Part shown: in pieces, positions 38,802 through 49,288 of the stretch
Layout: each line of letters opens with the position of its first letter
How positions within the stretch are numbered: the stretch's first letter is position 1
Assembly: GCA_973895155.1 (NCBI GenBank)
Contig: OZ316898.1
Span: 15,716,330 to 15,780,329 of the forward strand
Length of the DNA stretch: 64,000 nucleotides
DNA from: Marsupella aquatica
Lineage: Eukaryota; Plantae; Marchantiophyta
Direction: 5' to 3'
Position numbers and translations under genes: made by a program
The notes under the pieces: model-generated
The model's database searches: none
The model's input: the letters and a program-made list of their open reading frames with translations, nothing else
Told to the model about the DNA's origin: nothing

Positions 38802-41800
38802 TGTGACGCCGCCAACACGGCTAGTAATGAGTAATCCGGCCTAAATCGTGCCGAGCACGCATGGAAGGGACTTAGTAGTCCGTAGTAATTAGCATAGCGA
38901 CACAAAATTAGTAGTAATGATGAATAAGACAAGATTAGTCAATAAAGAGCATTCACGCTTGGGCTGGTGGCGCAGCACCGATCGTACCATCGGATTACAA
39001 TCTTGTTATGACCGTCTACCTCAAATCTGTATAACGGATTTTGGAGACGGCCCTCTGACATGCCCTGAACCGGACTGCAGAGTGGCCAGTACACTATAGG
39101 CGTGAGGGACTTGGCCTATCAAGAGCAGGAGGGGCCGATCGGCCAAGGCCTCTCCAGGGTATAAAAGGCAACCTCTTCCCCACCTCTGTATTGGCACTTC
39201 ACTCCTTGCACCAGCTTTGGTAGCAGCTCCCCCGTCTCTCTTAGCAATCCAGCGCTCTTTGCCTTATGACTGGCCCTATCTTGTCCAGCTCAGCCCTTCG
39301 GTTTTGGTATTGATTCAATCCACGGAGGTATGCCATTGAGAAGCATTTTGAACGACAAGTCCGGCTGCTAGGCCATTCCCATTGGATCAACAATTTTGGA
39401 CTTACCTACAACTCGACCTACAAGATCAAGTATTGCAAGGACAAAGAGATAACCGAGCTCTTCTTTGACGGGGATAAGTACATCGGCTTCAGGGAACCAT
39501 CCTCCGCCTCCCCGACAAGGTCTTCCAAATCCTAGGGATCATCGACCTACAACGGCACCACTTCAACAAGATCTTCGCCAAAGCCCAGGCACTTGCTTAG
39601 GCAAGACCTACCATGACCCACCGGTATAGGTCAAACTTGGCTACCATGGCACTCATTCATCCCATGAACAGCCAAATGCCGCTCGGCCTCACTCAAGCCG
39701 CTCCCCACCACCGATTGCACCGCCCATTTGGGTACTGTCCATGGTAAACGCGGTAAACAGAAGCTTGGAGGATGAGGAGGTTCATCCACCCCTTGTCCGG
39801 AGACCACCGGAGATGCACCGACATGAGTCAAGTAATACATCACCGCCCGCACAAGCCCAGACCCGAGAGGCAGCCTCGATGGACAACACGATGACGGTTG
39901 CAGCGCCGGCACCAGTTCTAATGGCAGTAGCACTACCCCTGCCGGATAGGGAAGATGGGGAGATGTCCCCTTCTACAAGCCACCTCGGGAACCAGTCTTG
40001 GGGAAGGAAGAGGAAGGAGCTGGCTGTAGTATCTGGCTTACCCGTGGCCACCGTCACAGTGGCCAAGTTGACCATGCACCGCATGGGGAAGAATGTCCAC
40101 AATAACATTATCCATCCAAAGCATGCGGCGTACTTGAAGACCCAAGGGTTTGAACACCTCGCCGCCCTCCCTTGAAACACTTGCAGGTACTATGGGCAAT
40201 ATATGATAGAGTTCATCCAGAACTTTGACAAGGCCCGCCAACAGACCCGTGCGCACGGACGGGTAATGTCCCTGAACGAGGAGCGGCTGAGCTCATTTTT
40301 GGCCTATGTGAGGGTCAAAACCGGGTAGAATCATGGGCCCCAGGGGGCAAGGGAGCAAGTACCAATCCTCTAGCTTCTCGGCCGAGGGTTCGGTGGACAA
40401 CAGCTTCCTAATCAGGACATGGCTCATCTCGGAGATCGTGGAGCAGCTGGAGTTTCAGCAATACGCCCTCCACATGATGGAGCCACGGGGCAAGATATCC
40501 GCTGCCCAGGTAATCCAGGTTGAGAACTACCGGCCTAGAAAGTGGGCTTCATTCTTTGTCAAGAAGTTCCACGAGGAGATGGAGCGACAAAGGAAGACCT
40601 GGCCTTGTACCTTGGGGGGGAGGCGTACCTCGCAAGCCACATCAAGATTATTATTGAGTGGTACGCCCATTTTGATCGATGAACTCTTTCGGGGCTCAAC
40701 TAGCCCAAACTCACCCCGGCCCGGTGGGTCTTTCCGGCTCAAGAAAGGCGGCCGCAGCCTAAATCCCGGAGTACAGCGCCAGTGATGCCCACCCCAGCCC
40801 CACCACCAACCATTGAGGCACCTTCTTTTGTGCTAGATTCAGTAGTAATTCCAACCCTGGATGCCCAAAACCAGGCCCGTGCAGTGACAGTCAAGCAGGA
40901 GGAAGTCAGCCTCAAACCCAAGGCCATAACCTCGGAGAAAGCCGTGGTACCCTTCGTGCATGTCCAAGTGGATCCCCTTGCTGGACACCCGTCCCCATCT
41001 ACCCTTACTACCCCGGAGCTGGATGTAAAAACCCCAGCCTCTACCCGGGTGGAGGTCTATCCTTCCACGAACCCGAGTGGTCACAGCTTGGTGAACTTGG
41101 AACTCTTTGCATCAGGCACGTATTTGAATGGGTTGCTGGGCGACTTCTCCCAACAGATTAGTCAAGAAATGGGGGAGTTCATGGCCCGCAAGGTTGCCTA
41201 CTTCTTCAGCTAGGAGCTGGTGGCAACGGTGAAAGCAGGACAGGCACAAGCTGAAGCCACAACAAAGATTGAACGATATCGGGTTGAAGCTGCCCAACTC
41301 TTAGATGAAGCTTCACAATGGGATACCGAGTTACAACTTCTCTGGCCTTAGCTTACGACCACCCTTGCCTAGGTTTCCGACACCAAAGCCAAGTTAACCT
41401 TGGCCGAGCAAGCCGGAGCCGGAAAGGACACCAAAATCTCATGGCTCTGGGCCCAGATTGACAGCTTGAAAGGGCAAGCTGTAATCTGGTAAAAAGATGT
41501 AGAGGAGGCCGACACTTGAGCCCAAAGGATACAGCCAAAGTGGACGCCCTGAAAGTAGAGGTGGCATGGCTTCAATAGCCTGAAGCCGCTAAACAGGACC
41601 AACTGGTGGTGCAACTGACAAGCGACGCTCAACAGTTGGAATTGAAGAGGCGTTGCAGGAGGCAGCAGAGGAGATGGACACAATGAAGTGAGAGAACAAG
41701 TCTCTCCTGGACCAAGTCTAGATTCTCAAGTAGGACGCTGATTGGCTGAGGAGGCAACAGGACTGGCGCTCCAAGTCCCACTCGGGCAGGTCTGGCAAAC

Positions 41801-42687
41801 ATGCCAGACATTAGGCGGTGCGGCAAATTTAGAATAGCTTAGGTTTAGCCACAAAAATTGAACACTGCAGACAAGCGTCAAAACTAATTAGCGACGCTGT
41901 CAACCGTTCTTTAGCATAGCATCTTATGGTAATGGCAAGCCATTTCACAACCTGGAATTTAGCGGAAACCGTTCCAGGCTACGGCTCTTAGTTAGTATTT
42001 AGAGCACTCCCGGTAGAGGCAGCGGGGGGGGGGGGGACTTTAGGTTTTGAACCGGGTATCCATGGATGTCCAAGGAGTCCCGACCTTACTGAATAGAAGA
42101 GTATTGCAGAGTGAGGGTATGACTAATCTCGTCGGGCGAGTGCGGAGCCGGGCTCCGTTGTAGTGTACGCCTCCCTGCCATTGGGCTATTTGTTCTTGAA
42201 GAAGTTGAGTCAACTGCGTATGTACATGTGATGGATTTGTAATTGAAAGTCTTTTCCCCACCATTTCCTTCGTGTAAACCGAGATTATATGGTATGTAAT
42301 CTGTTATGTTCATAAGTCTTGTATATGGGTATAGAATGCTTGGCCAAACACATTGTACAAGCTGCGCATGGGGTGACGGCTGTGGATAGTGGTTGCAAGC
42401 CCGGGTTAGATACCCTTATCATCAAAGCTGGATCAGAGGCGAATAACGCAAAGGCTTAGAAGTCCTTAAGCCGGGGTTGATCCCGTCATCGACTTAAGGT
42501 ACGTTCTGGCGGCGGAATACAAAACATACCTATGATGTGTGTAGACATAAAATTGGACTCGGGTAGCGTCAAGTTACGGGAATAAGTGCACTTTGCACGT
42601 CCCTCCTTGCCCGAAAACCTCAATATTTACAAAGCCGATGGTCGCCTAAGCCAAAATCCGCATAAGGGTGACGCTTTCGGTGTGACA
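38802..42687 (+). mobile_element. Solo LTR of family B, copy B2 (3886 bp, older)
   Basis: Termini TGTGACGCCGCC...GTGTGACA; TSD GCTAG/ACTAG (4 of 5); colinear with B1. Confidence 0.82.
39266..41814 (+). pseudogene. Degenerate family-B LTR ORF
   Basis: MTGPILSSSALRFW..., HPKHAAYLKTQGFEHLAALP, LHMMEPRGKISAAQVIQVENYRPRKW, LNGLLGDFS; many frameshifts and stops. Confidence 0.85.
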
Positions 42688-44105
42688 ACTAGTAATAGTA
42701 GCGCCTCGCGCTAGCAAAAAAATGTCATATTTTAATATATTTTGGAAAATATCACTTTTAATAACATATTTTTGGATTTTGGTTTTTATAATAGGACAAA
42801 TTTTGCTCATAATAGGAATTTTTTTGCTGTTTCCTTTCACAATGTAAACCCTCAAGTCAATAAATTTGCAGGTCTTTCACGTTCACTTGCATATGAAAAT
42901 TGAACACTTTGCTGTGAAGATAAATATAGCAATTTAATTCCTTGTTGTCTATGTAATAGACTATAGTGCATTTTGTCCATAAGCCTCACTTCCACTCAAA
43001 AGTATACTTTGATTGAGTGAAGGTAGGTTTTACTTGGAGTTTTCAAGGTGGAGGTGGCAAGAGTACTAGAGACAAGGTAATCCGAGCTGAGTGAGTCCAG
43101 ACCTTGTTGAGCTAAATTGAGTTGAATACGTCTGCGCTGCAAGCTTGGCATCTCGCAACTTGGCATTGTGGTCCCAATGAGGATTCTTACACTTTGCGTG
43201 AGTGGGGGTAACTAAAACTTGAGGTAAGTCCGCATTGCTAGTTTTTGTTGTTTCACTCATAGTTGAATTGAAGAAGAAGAAGAAGAAGAAGAAGAAGTCA
43301 TTAATTACATTACCAAGGAGTTTTGACTCACCTTCACTTGCATTCTCAAACTCCATAGACCATACAGGAATGAGATAATATAGGGATGAGATAATACACA
43401 AATGAGATTTAAGGCCGTGTGTATTGAACTTGAGCAAAATAAATTGGCTCAACACCCATTGTTTGGGCTCAGTTCTGGGCTGACAAGTCATACAAAAAGA
43501 GTGACTTGGGTTATTGCAACACATGAAGTAGGGTTTAAGATTGCATTGTGAAGCTTTCTAGTGAACATAATTACCTTTGTTGAACTAGTACAAGGAGAAG
43601 CCAAGGTCATAAAGCTTCCAACTCAGGTCATTCAAAGAATTTGGTACTACACTGATTCATAAGACGATGAGCAGAGTTCCACTCAGTCATTGTCTGAATT
43701 TGATGTAGGATATAGCAATTCCATAATAAAGAAGAATGTCTTTGAACATCATTGCTTTGCTGAATGTTTTCAAATTAAATGAAGCCTTTGCTTCATCCTT
43801 GATGAATTTGAATTGCACAAATTCAGTTGCCTGTTGATCTTTCCTCACCAAACTTGGTTTTGCAATGTAATTTTCTTATATGATGCAAATCTCTTGCCTA
43901 TTGAGAACCCTCGGAGCAGGTCCTCTCATCATAGAAGATTTGAGGGCTAACGACAGGACCAAGGCTTAGGACATTTAGGTTATCCACTATTGTTGAGAAT
44001 CAATGGTGTTCATTGTTCACTAAACTGTCATGGCCCAAACCCGGAGTAGTCACTGGCGAGACCTATGTAGGAGAGCCAAGAGATTGCAACTTTATTATAT
44101 GGTTT

Positions 44106-44448
44106 GGTGCATTGCAAGATTGAGGACTACCAAAGGAGGCAAAAAGTCTCCAGTCCTTTCACTAATGTAAAGGACTGCCAACGGCCAAGATTAGCACATC
44201 TTAGGTAAAAAAGGCTTCATGACACATTTCCACAAATGTTGGGCACACTTCCAAGAGGTAAGGACTTCTGAAAAGTGTGGACACACTTCCAAAAGACTTG
44301 GCATGCAAGATCTAACCTTTCAATCTTAACTACTTAATCCTAGCCATCAAGGGATATATGGCACATTTAATGCAAAATGGCAAGGACTCAAGTCCTTTTT
44401 ATGGAGAAAAAAGGAGAAACATGGTAGTCCTCAATCTTGAAATGCACC
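44106..44448. mobile_element. MITE (343 bp) with 27-bp TIRs and 4-bp TSD GTTT
   Basis: GGTGCATTGCAAGATTGAGGACTACCA (44106-44132) vs TGGTAGTCCTCAATCTTGAAATGCACC (44422-44448), 26/27 complementary; GTTT on both flanks. Confidence 0.75.
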
Positions 44449-44597
44449 GTTTGGAAACGCCTCTTGCCAGTTGAGTCTTGATATGAATCAATTTTCACTA
44501 ATATCCATGACTGTAGAGCTTCTAGTCTGTTACAATGCACCATGGTCACCACCCTCCCCAAACCCAGCCCAAGGCACAACGATTGCCTTAACATCAT

Positions 44598-47500
44598 TGT
44601 GATGCCTAGACAGGAATCACTCGGCCGGTTAAGTGGGTAAAGCAGGAAGGCACCCTAGGAACACCTTAGTATAGTGACAAAACAAGGAAAATATAAACAA
44701 TTAGGGGCAACCATGGAACCCGGGCAAAGGCCGGAGGTAAGGCTGAGGGTGAAAACCCGATTAGGGTTAGGGCGCGTTAAGCGTCGGCGGCTAGGAAGGA
44801 TCAACGGGAAGAAGGACCGGCAGAGGAGAGGGGTAAGGAGCGCTTGCAGGAGATGGTGGCTCATTTGCGAGCACGAACTAGGCAGACGACTACGGGAGGC
44901 CAACTACTGTCAGCTGCTTAGGCAAGCACTCGGGGAGAGAGTAGATACCGACGATCGACCTAAGGAGGGTATGAGCAACGTCAATCAAGCGGTACATTTC
45001 TGGGGATGCCTGTTCGAACGGGCAACTGAGTACATCAAGACTTACGAGGACGAGGAGTCAGAAAGGGCAGCTCGAGAACGGCAGGAGCTCGCTCGATTGT
45101 GGGAGCTGCAGAAGACGGCTTTCTTAGGAGGCGAACTCATCAAGGACGAGTTCCTGTGGACGCCTACTTCCAATCAACTCGACGATCTTCTGTTTTGCAA
45201 AGACAGCGTCGTCGGCATCCGAGAGGCCATCAAGAACTGCAACGACATACACTGGGAATTAAAGGGTAGCACGGAAAGGTGGACCCAGGCAACGGTGCTA
45301 GGAGAAACCTCCACGGCAGCAGAGATGAAGAGGAAGGGAGCCGTCAACGATGAAGCCACCCCGGCAAAAAGAACGAGGTCGGCGGCACCAAAGAAGCCAG
45401 CCGAGCAGCAGAGCAGGAGGCAGGGAGAAGCCGAAGAGGAGGAGGTCGATCCCATCAAGGCCATTCCAACCAGGGATGACACCTGGAAGGGCTGGGCGGC
45501 AACCCTACCGGTGGAGGTGCAACTACATTTTGCACGGGAGGAGGATGCATGCTTTACGGCCATGCAGACCAAGAAGTACCAAGGCTTCATGGCCGGATCC
45601 GGCTTGGAGGCCTTTGTAAGATTACCATGGCTAAAGCCGGAGGTACCGGAGTCAGACCTATTAGAATTCGTGGGGTCATGGGAACCCGAGACCAATTGCA
45701 CGAGGATATATGGGAAGGATTTCTATCTTACTCCCAAGGTGATTGCCGAAGTGTTTGGCTTGCCGATGGGCAATAAGACCAAAGTTGATACCAGGAAGAC
45801 CTTGCCTGACAAGGAGTTCCGGTCGTTCCCCGGGCCATCAACGAAGAATGGCTTCTTCCGGAACACCTGCACCAACCCGCACATAGGAGAGATGATCGAC
45901 TTCTTGCGGGTGACCATGCATTGTAACTTGCCGAGGGCAGAGATCGGCAAGGCACAGGTCTATCTGGCAGAAAGGCCAGACCCAAGCCGGGACTACAACG
46001 GGTACCTCCTCAACCAATTGAAGAAGATCTTAAAGGAGGAGCAGCAGGTAATCGGCATGGGGAGCGTGTCGCGGCTTGGCTATCACATGCCGCTGTTGTG
46101 CCGGTATGCCAGAGGTCAGACTTTTGCCCCGGTACTTCCCCTGCAGGTAAGGGCACCCGAGGAAGCTCCAACGCCGAGCCCGTTGGCTGAGAAGCCTCAA
46201 CCACCTGTTAGTCCTACGATCGAGCAGGTGTTTAGGCCCAGGAAGGAAGACTTGCCGATGCAGCAACCAGGCATGCAGAGTCTGCTGAAACTACTGGAGA
46301 AAGAAAAGAAATCGGCATCGGCAACAACAACGGCAACAGCAACAATGCAGGACACTACTACAGAGGTAGGCCTACACCGGCTCACAAGAGAAAACCCCTT
46401 TGCTGGAGACAAGGAGAGAATCAGGCCGGAATCCAAGCCAGGTGTTCGAATGTACGTGGGAACCTCAAGCTCCGAATCTGAGGCAGAATTGCCTGAAGCT
46501 CCTACCGACGAAGAGGAGAGGGAGAAGCCGGACGTCCAAGAGGTAGAGGAGGCAGTGGAGGACTGCAGCCATGATAATTCCGGCTATGGGTCGGACCATC
46601 ACGTTCCAGGAGTAAGGACCTGTGGCCGGTTTGTCCCCACACTTCCAAGGGTAGTGCGAGGGGACCCCAACCAGCAGAGTAGCCCTGAGTCTCCCCCACC
46701 AGATGTTGCTCCCCCGAGCTTCGACGGCATAAAACAGACGGTGCAGGAATTTCAGGAGCGAATCAAGCAGGAGGAAGAGGCCGCCCTGGCTAAGGAAAAG
46801 GATTTACCAGGAGGAGATTGGCCGGAGGACATCAGGCGGCTAGCCGAAAAAGGAAGCAAACCTCTAGCCACGATTGAAGAGATCCGTAGGACGGCTTGGG
46901 AGCAGAGGCCACGATGGGCGATGCCGATCACTTCTACTTACTCCACCTACGCTAAGAATAGAGCCATGGAGTATGGTGAGATGTGTGGGGAACTTGCGCT
47001 CGGCATCTTTGGAGAGGAGTTGGAGGTAGGACCCTTTTTCCATAGGGAGCAGTTGGAGAAGCACCAATTAGAAGAAGCGGTGGCGTTAGAGAGAAGCAAG
47101 AAGGACGAGGTCATTCGGCGGCTTAGGAGGATGGAAGCCGAGATTGAAGATCTAAGGGCGGCCAAGAAAGCCCAAGATGAACTACGGATTAAACGACATG
47201 AGCTGAACATCATGCAGGGGCAGTTGGACGCCGCGCAGGCTGATAATCAGAATATCAAGGATAAACTAACTCAGACGCAGGGAGAGTTGGCCGACACGAT
47301 CAAAGAGAGGGAGAAGTGGAAGCAAGAGCTGAAGAATACAGAGGAGGCCCACATAACAGCCAACAGCCGGGCCATGGCGGAGACCCAAAGAAAGGAATGG
47401 GCGTTGAAAGGGGAGCTCAAGAAAATCCGCGGAGCCCTTGAGCAGAAGGAGGTCGAGTTAGGGAAATCCTATCAAGGGATTATGGCGCTGCAGCAGGAGC

Positions 47501-49219
47501 TTGCGTCCCTGACGGCCAGCTTCAAGGCCGACCTAAGGGAGAAGGACGAGATGCTCGAACAGACTTACGCCAAGATGAACCAGATGGAGTCTGTCATCAT
47601 TGTAGAGCTCGACAAGGAGCTAAGAGCAACCCAGGAGGAGAGGGCTACCTTGAAGAAGGAATTGGAGGAAGCCCACAGGGAGCAGGAGGAGGCCAAAAAC
47701 GAGCTGGAGGGGGCACGTAAGGACCTGGATGAAACCCAAGAGGAGTTGGAAGAAATCACGAGGAAGATGGAGAACCTACAGCGGCGGGCCGACAACCAAA
47801 CAGAGCGGCTGAAGAAACAAGCCGCAGTATTTAAATGCTTAGCTGCAGCAGGTCCATCTCCCGTTGGGACAAACCAGTTACCAGGGGTGGTAATTGCCGA
47901 AGGACAAGCCGCGCCACCTGCACCAGTGCCGGAAGTAAGTGGGAAGGGGAAGGGACCAGCTGCCGAGCCACCAACGAAGAAGAAGCGGAAACCTTCAGGG
48001 TCAAGGAGTAATACGACTTCACAGGCCGTGGTGATCAAGGAGGTAGACCCAGCACCGACCCCAGACAGGGTCACGGCTAAGGATCCAACTACCCTAGGGG
48101 AAGGGGAGGCTGAAGCCGTGGGAGTGGCTGAGGCCGAAGCCGTGGGTATTGCCGAGGCCGGTGTCGAGGCTGAAGCCGAAGGTGGACCCAGTCAGGCCGA
48201 TGGAGAGTTGACTCGGTCAAGGGCAGGTAATCTGTCAGTAGGCGGGCCAACGGCAGTGGCTGAGGAGGAAGTGTTGGGGGCGTCCATTGAGGATCCACCA
48301 CCGGTGTCGTGACGGTGCAAGGGCGCCGTTCCTTTTAGGGAGGGCGGACGTGGAGGGAGGAGGCGTGAGTGGGCAGGGCAGGCGCGGATCTCCACGTTTA
48401 GGATTAGGATCAGAACCAGGAGCGGCCCTGACACTTAGCTTAGTGGGATTGCGGTCCCACTGGTAGGAGCAACACTTGTGCTCCTGCCTTGCTGTACATA
48501 AGTAGATTACTGTTAAGTAGATTAGGCTTACGATGCAAAGAATGGCGGATCCACTACTAGGATAAGTACCTGGGCAGCGGGGAGCTCAGGGCCTCTTCTT
48601 TAGCAAGTTTTTAGTTTGCACCAGCCGGGCTGGGATCAAGTAGTACGAGAAGCTCTCGGTTAGTCATACAGTGACCCTTGTGTATATTCATGTTTCCTCA
48701 TGCCTAAGAGCTGAATAGAGTTGGCCTCACGGCTTAGTTCGCAGAACTTGTGTATGAGATGTACTGTTTGTATGGCAAGTGCATGGTATGACTCAGTCAG
48801 AATGAGTCATTTTGCTATTTGTGTGTCGCATTAACTTGTGTGAAGAGTGCCCACATCAACAGAAGGAAGGAAAGTAAGCAGGGGAGTGAGAGTTGGATGT
48901 GTCGAGCTAAGAGAGGTCTTAGCGGCTTAACCAAGCCTATTGGGGATCATTCCGGCGGCGGAATCCAAACATACCTAACAAGACGGAGGGGAAGACAGGG
49001 GAAGACAGGGGAAGGCCTATATTAGGCCGGCTACGTATCTCATGACCCGATGAAGGATCTGTCCAGTATATGTGTGTAAAATGTTAATAGTAGTAGTAGA
49101 AGGTTAGCAGCGTCCCATGCCGCTAAGCCGCGGAAACGGCCTCGCCAAGCACGAAACCTGCGGGAATCGGCTTGAGCTGGGGGGTTTCTTGGGTTTAGGG
49201 AGCCATGGGACGCACCACA
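44598..49219 (+). repeat. 5' LTR of A2
   Basis: TGTGATG...CACCACA; direct repeat of 55444-60065 with roughly two dozen substitutions counted by eye. Confidence 0.96.
44971..48312 (+). CDS. LTR-encoded 1113-aa protein (frame also open upstream to 44674)
   Basis: Intact ORF inside the 5' LTR. Start placed at MSNVNQ because A1 has a stop upstream and the family-B ORF starts at the equivalent point. Confidence 0.85.
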   Translation: MSNVNQAVHFWGCLFERATEYIKTYEDEESERAARERQELARLWELQKTAFLGGELIKDEFLWTPTSNQLDDLLFCKDSVVGIREAIKNCNDIHWELKGSTERWTQATVLGETSTAAEMKRKGAVNDEATPAKRTRSAAPKKPAEQQSRRQGEAEEEEVDPIKAIPTRDDTWKGWAATLPVEVQLHFAREEDACFTAMQTKKYQGFMAGSGLEAFVRLPWLKPEVPESDLLEFVGSWEPETNCTRIYGKDFYLTPKVIAEVFGLPMGNKTKVDTRKTLPDKEFRSFPGPSTKNGFFRNTCTNPHIGEMIDFLRVTMHCNLPRAEIGKAQVYLAERPDPSRDYNGYLLNQLKKILKEEQQVIGMGSVSRLGYHMPLLCRYARGQTFAPVLPLQVRAPEEAPTPSPLAEKPQPPVSPTIEQVFRPRKEDLPMQQPGMQSLLKLLEKEKKSASATTTATATMQDTTTEVGLHRLTRENPFAGDKERIRPESKPGVRMYVGTSSSESEAELPEAPTDEEEREKPDVQEVEEAVEDCSHDNSGYGSDHHVPGVRTCGRFVPTLPRVVRGDPNQQSSPESPPPDVAPPSFDGIKQTVQEFQERIKQEEEAALAKEKDLPGGDWPEDIRRLAEKGSKPLATIEEIRRTAWEQRPRWAMPITSTYSTYAKNRAMEYGEMCGELALGIFGEELEVGPFFHREQLEKHQLEEAVALERSKKDEVIRRLRRMEAEIEDLRAAKKAQDELRIKRHELNIMQGQLDAAQADNQNIKDKLTQTQGELADTIKEREKWKQELKNTEEAHITANSRAMAETQRKEWALKGELKKIRGALEQKEVELGKSYQGIMALQQELASLTASFKADLREKDEMLEQTYAKMNQMESVIIVELDKELRATQEERATLKKELEEAHREQEEAKNELEGARKDLDETQEELEEITRKMENLQRRADNQTERLKKQAAVFKCLAAAGPSPVGTNQLPGVVIAEGQAAPPAPVPEVSGKGKGPAAEPPTKKKRKPSGSRSNTTSQAVVIKEVDPAPTPDRVTAKDPTTLGEGEAEAVGVAEAEAVGIAEAGVEAEAEGGPSQADGELTRSRAGNLSVGGPTAVAEEEVLGASIEDPPPVS

Positions 49220-49223
49220 TTTT

Positions 49224-49241
49224 TGGCGCTAGATGGAGGGG
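49224..49241 (+). promoter_or_regulatory. Primer binding site
   Basis: TGGCGCTAGATGGAGGGG just 3' of the 5' LTR. Confidence 0.8.
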
Positions 49242-49288
49242 GCATTTCTTAAGCCGTGAGATATGAAGTTAGAACGGAAGCGTAGGTA

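Noticed and set aside
44674-44970. N-terminal extension of the LTR protein (1212-aa ORF call)
   Set aside because: GTG start, interrupted by a stop in A1 (10687-10689), overlaps a TATA-like motif and has no counterpart in family B.
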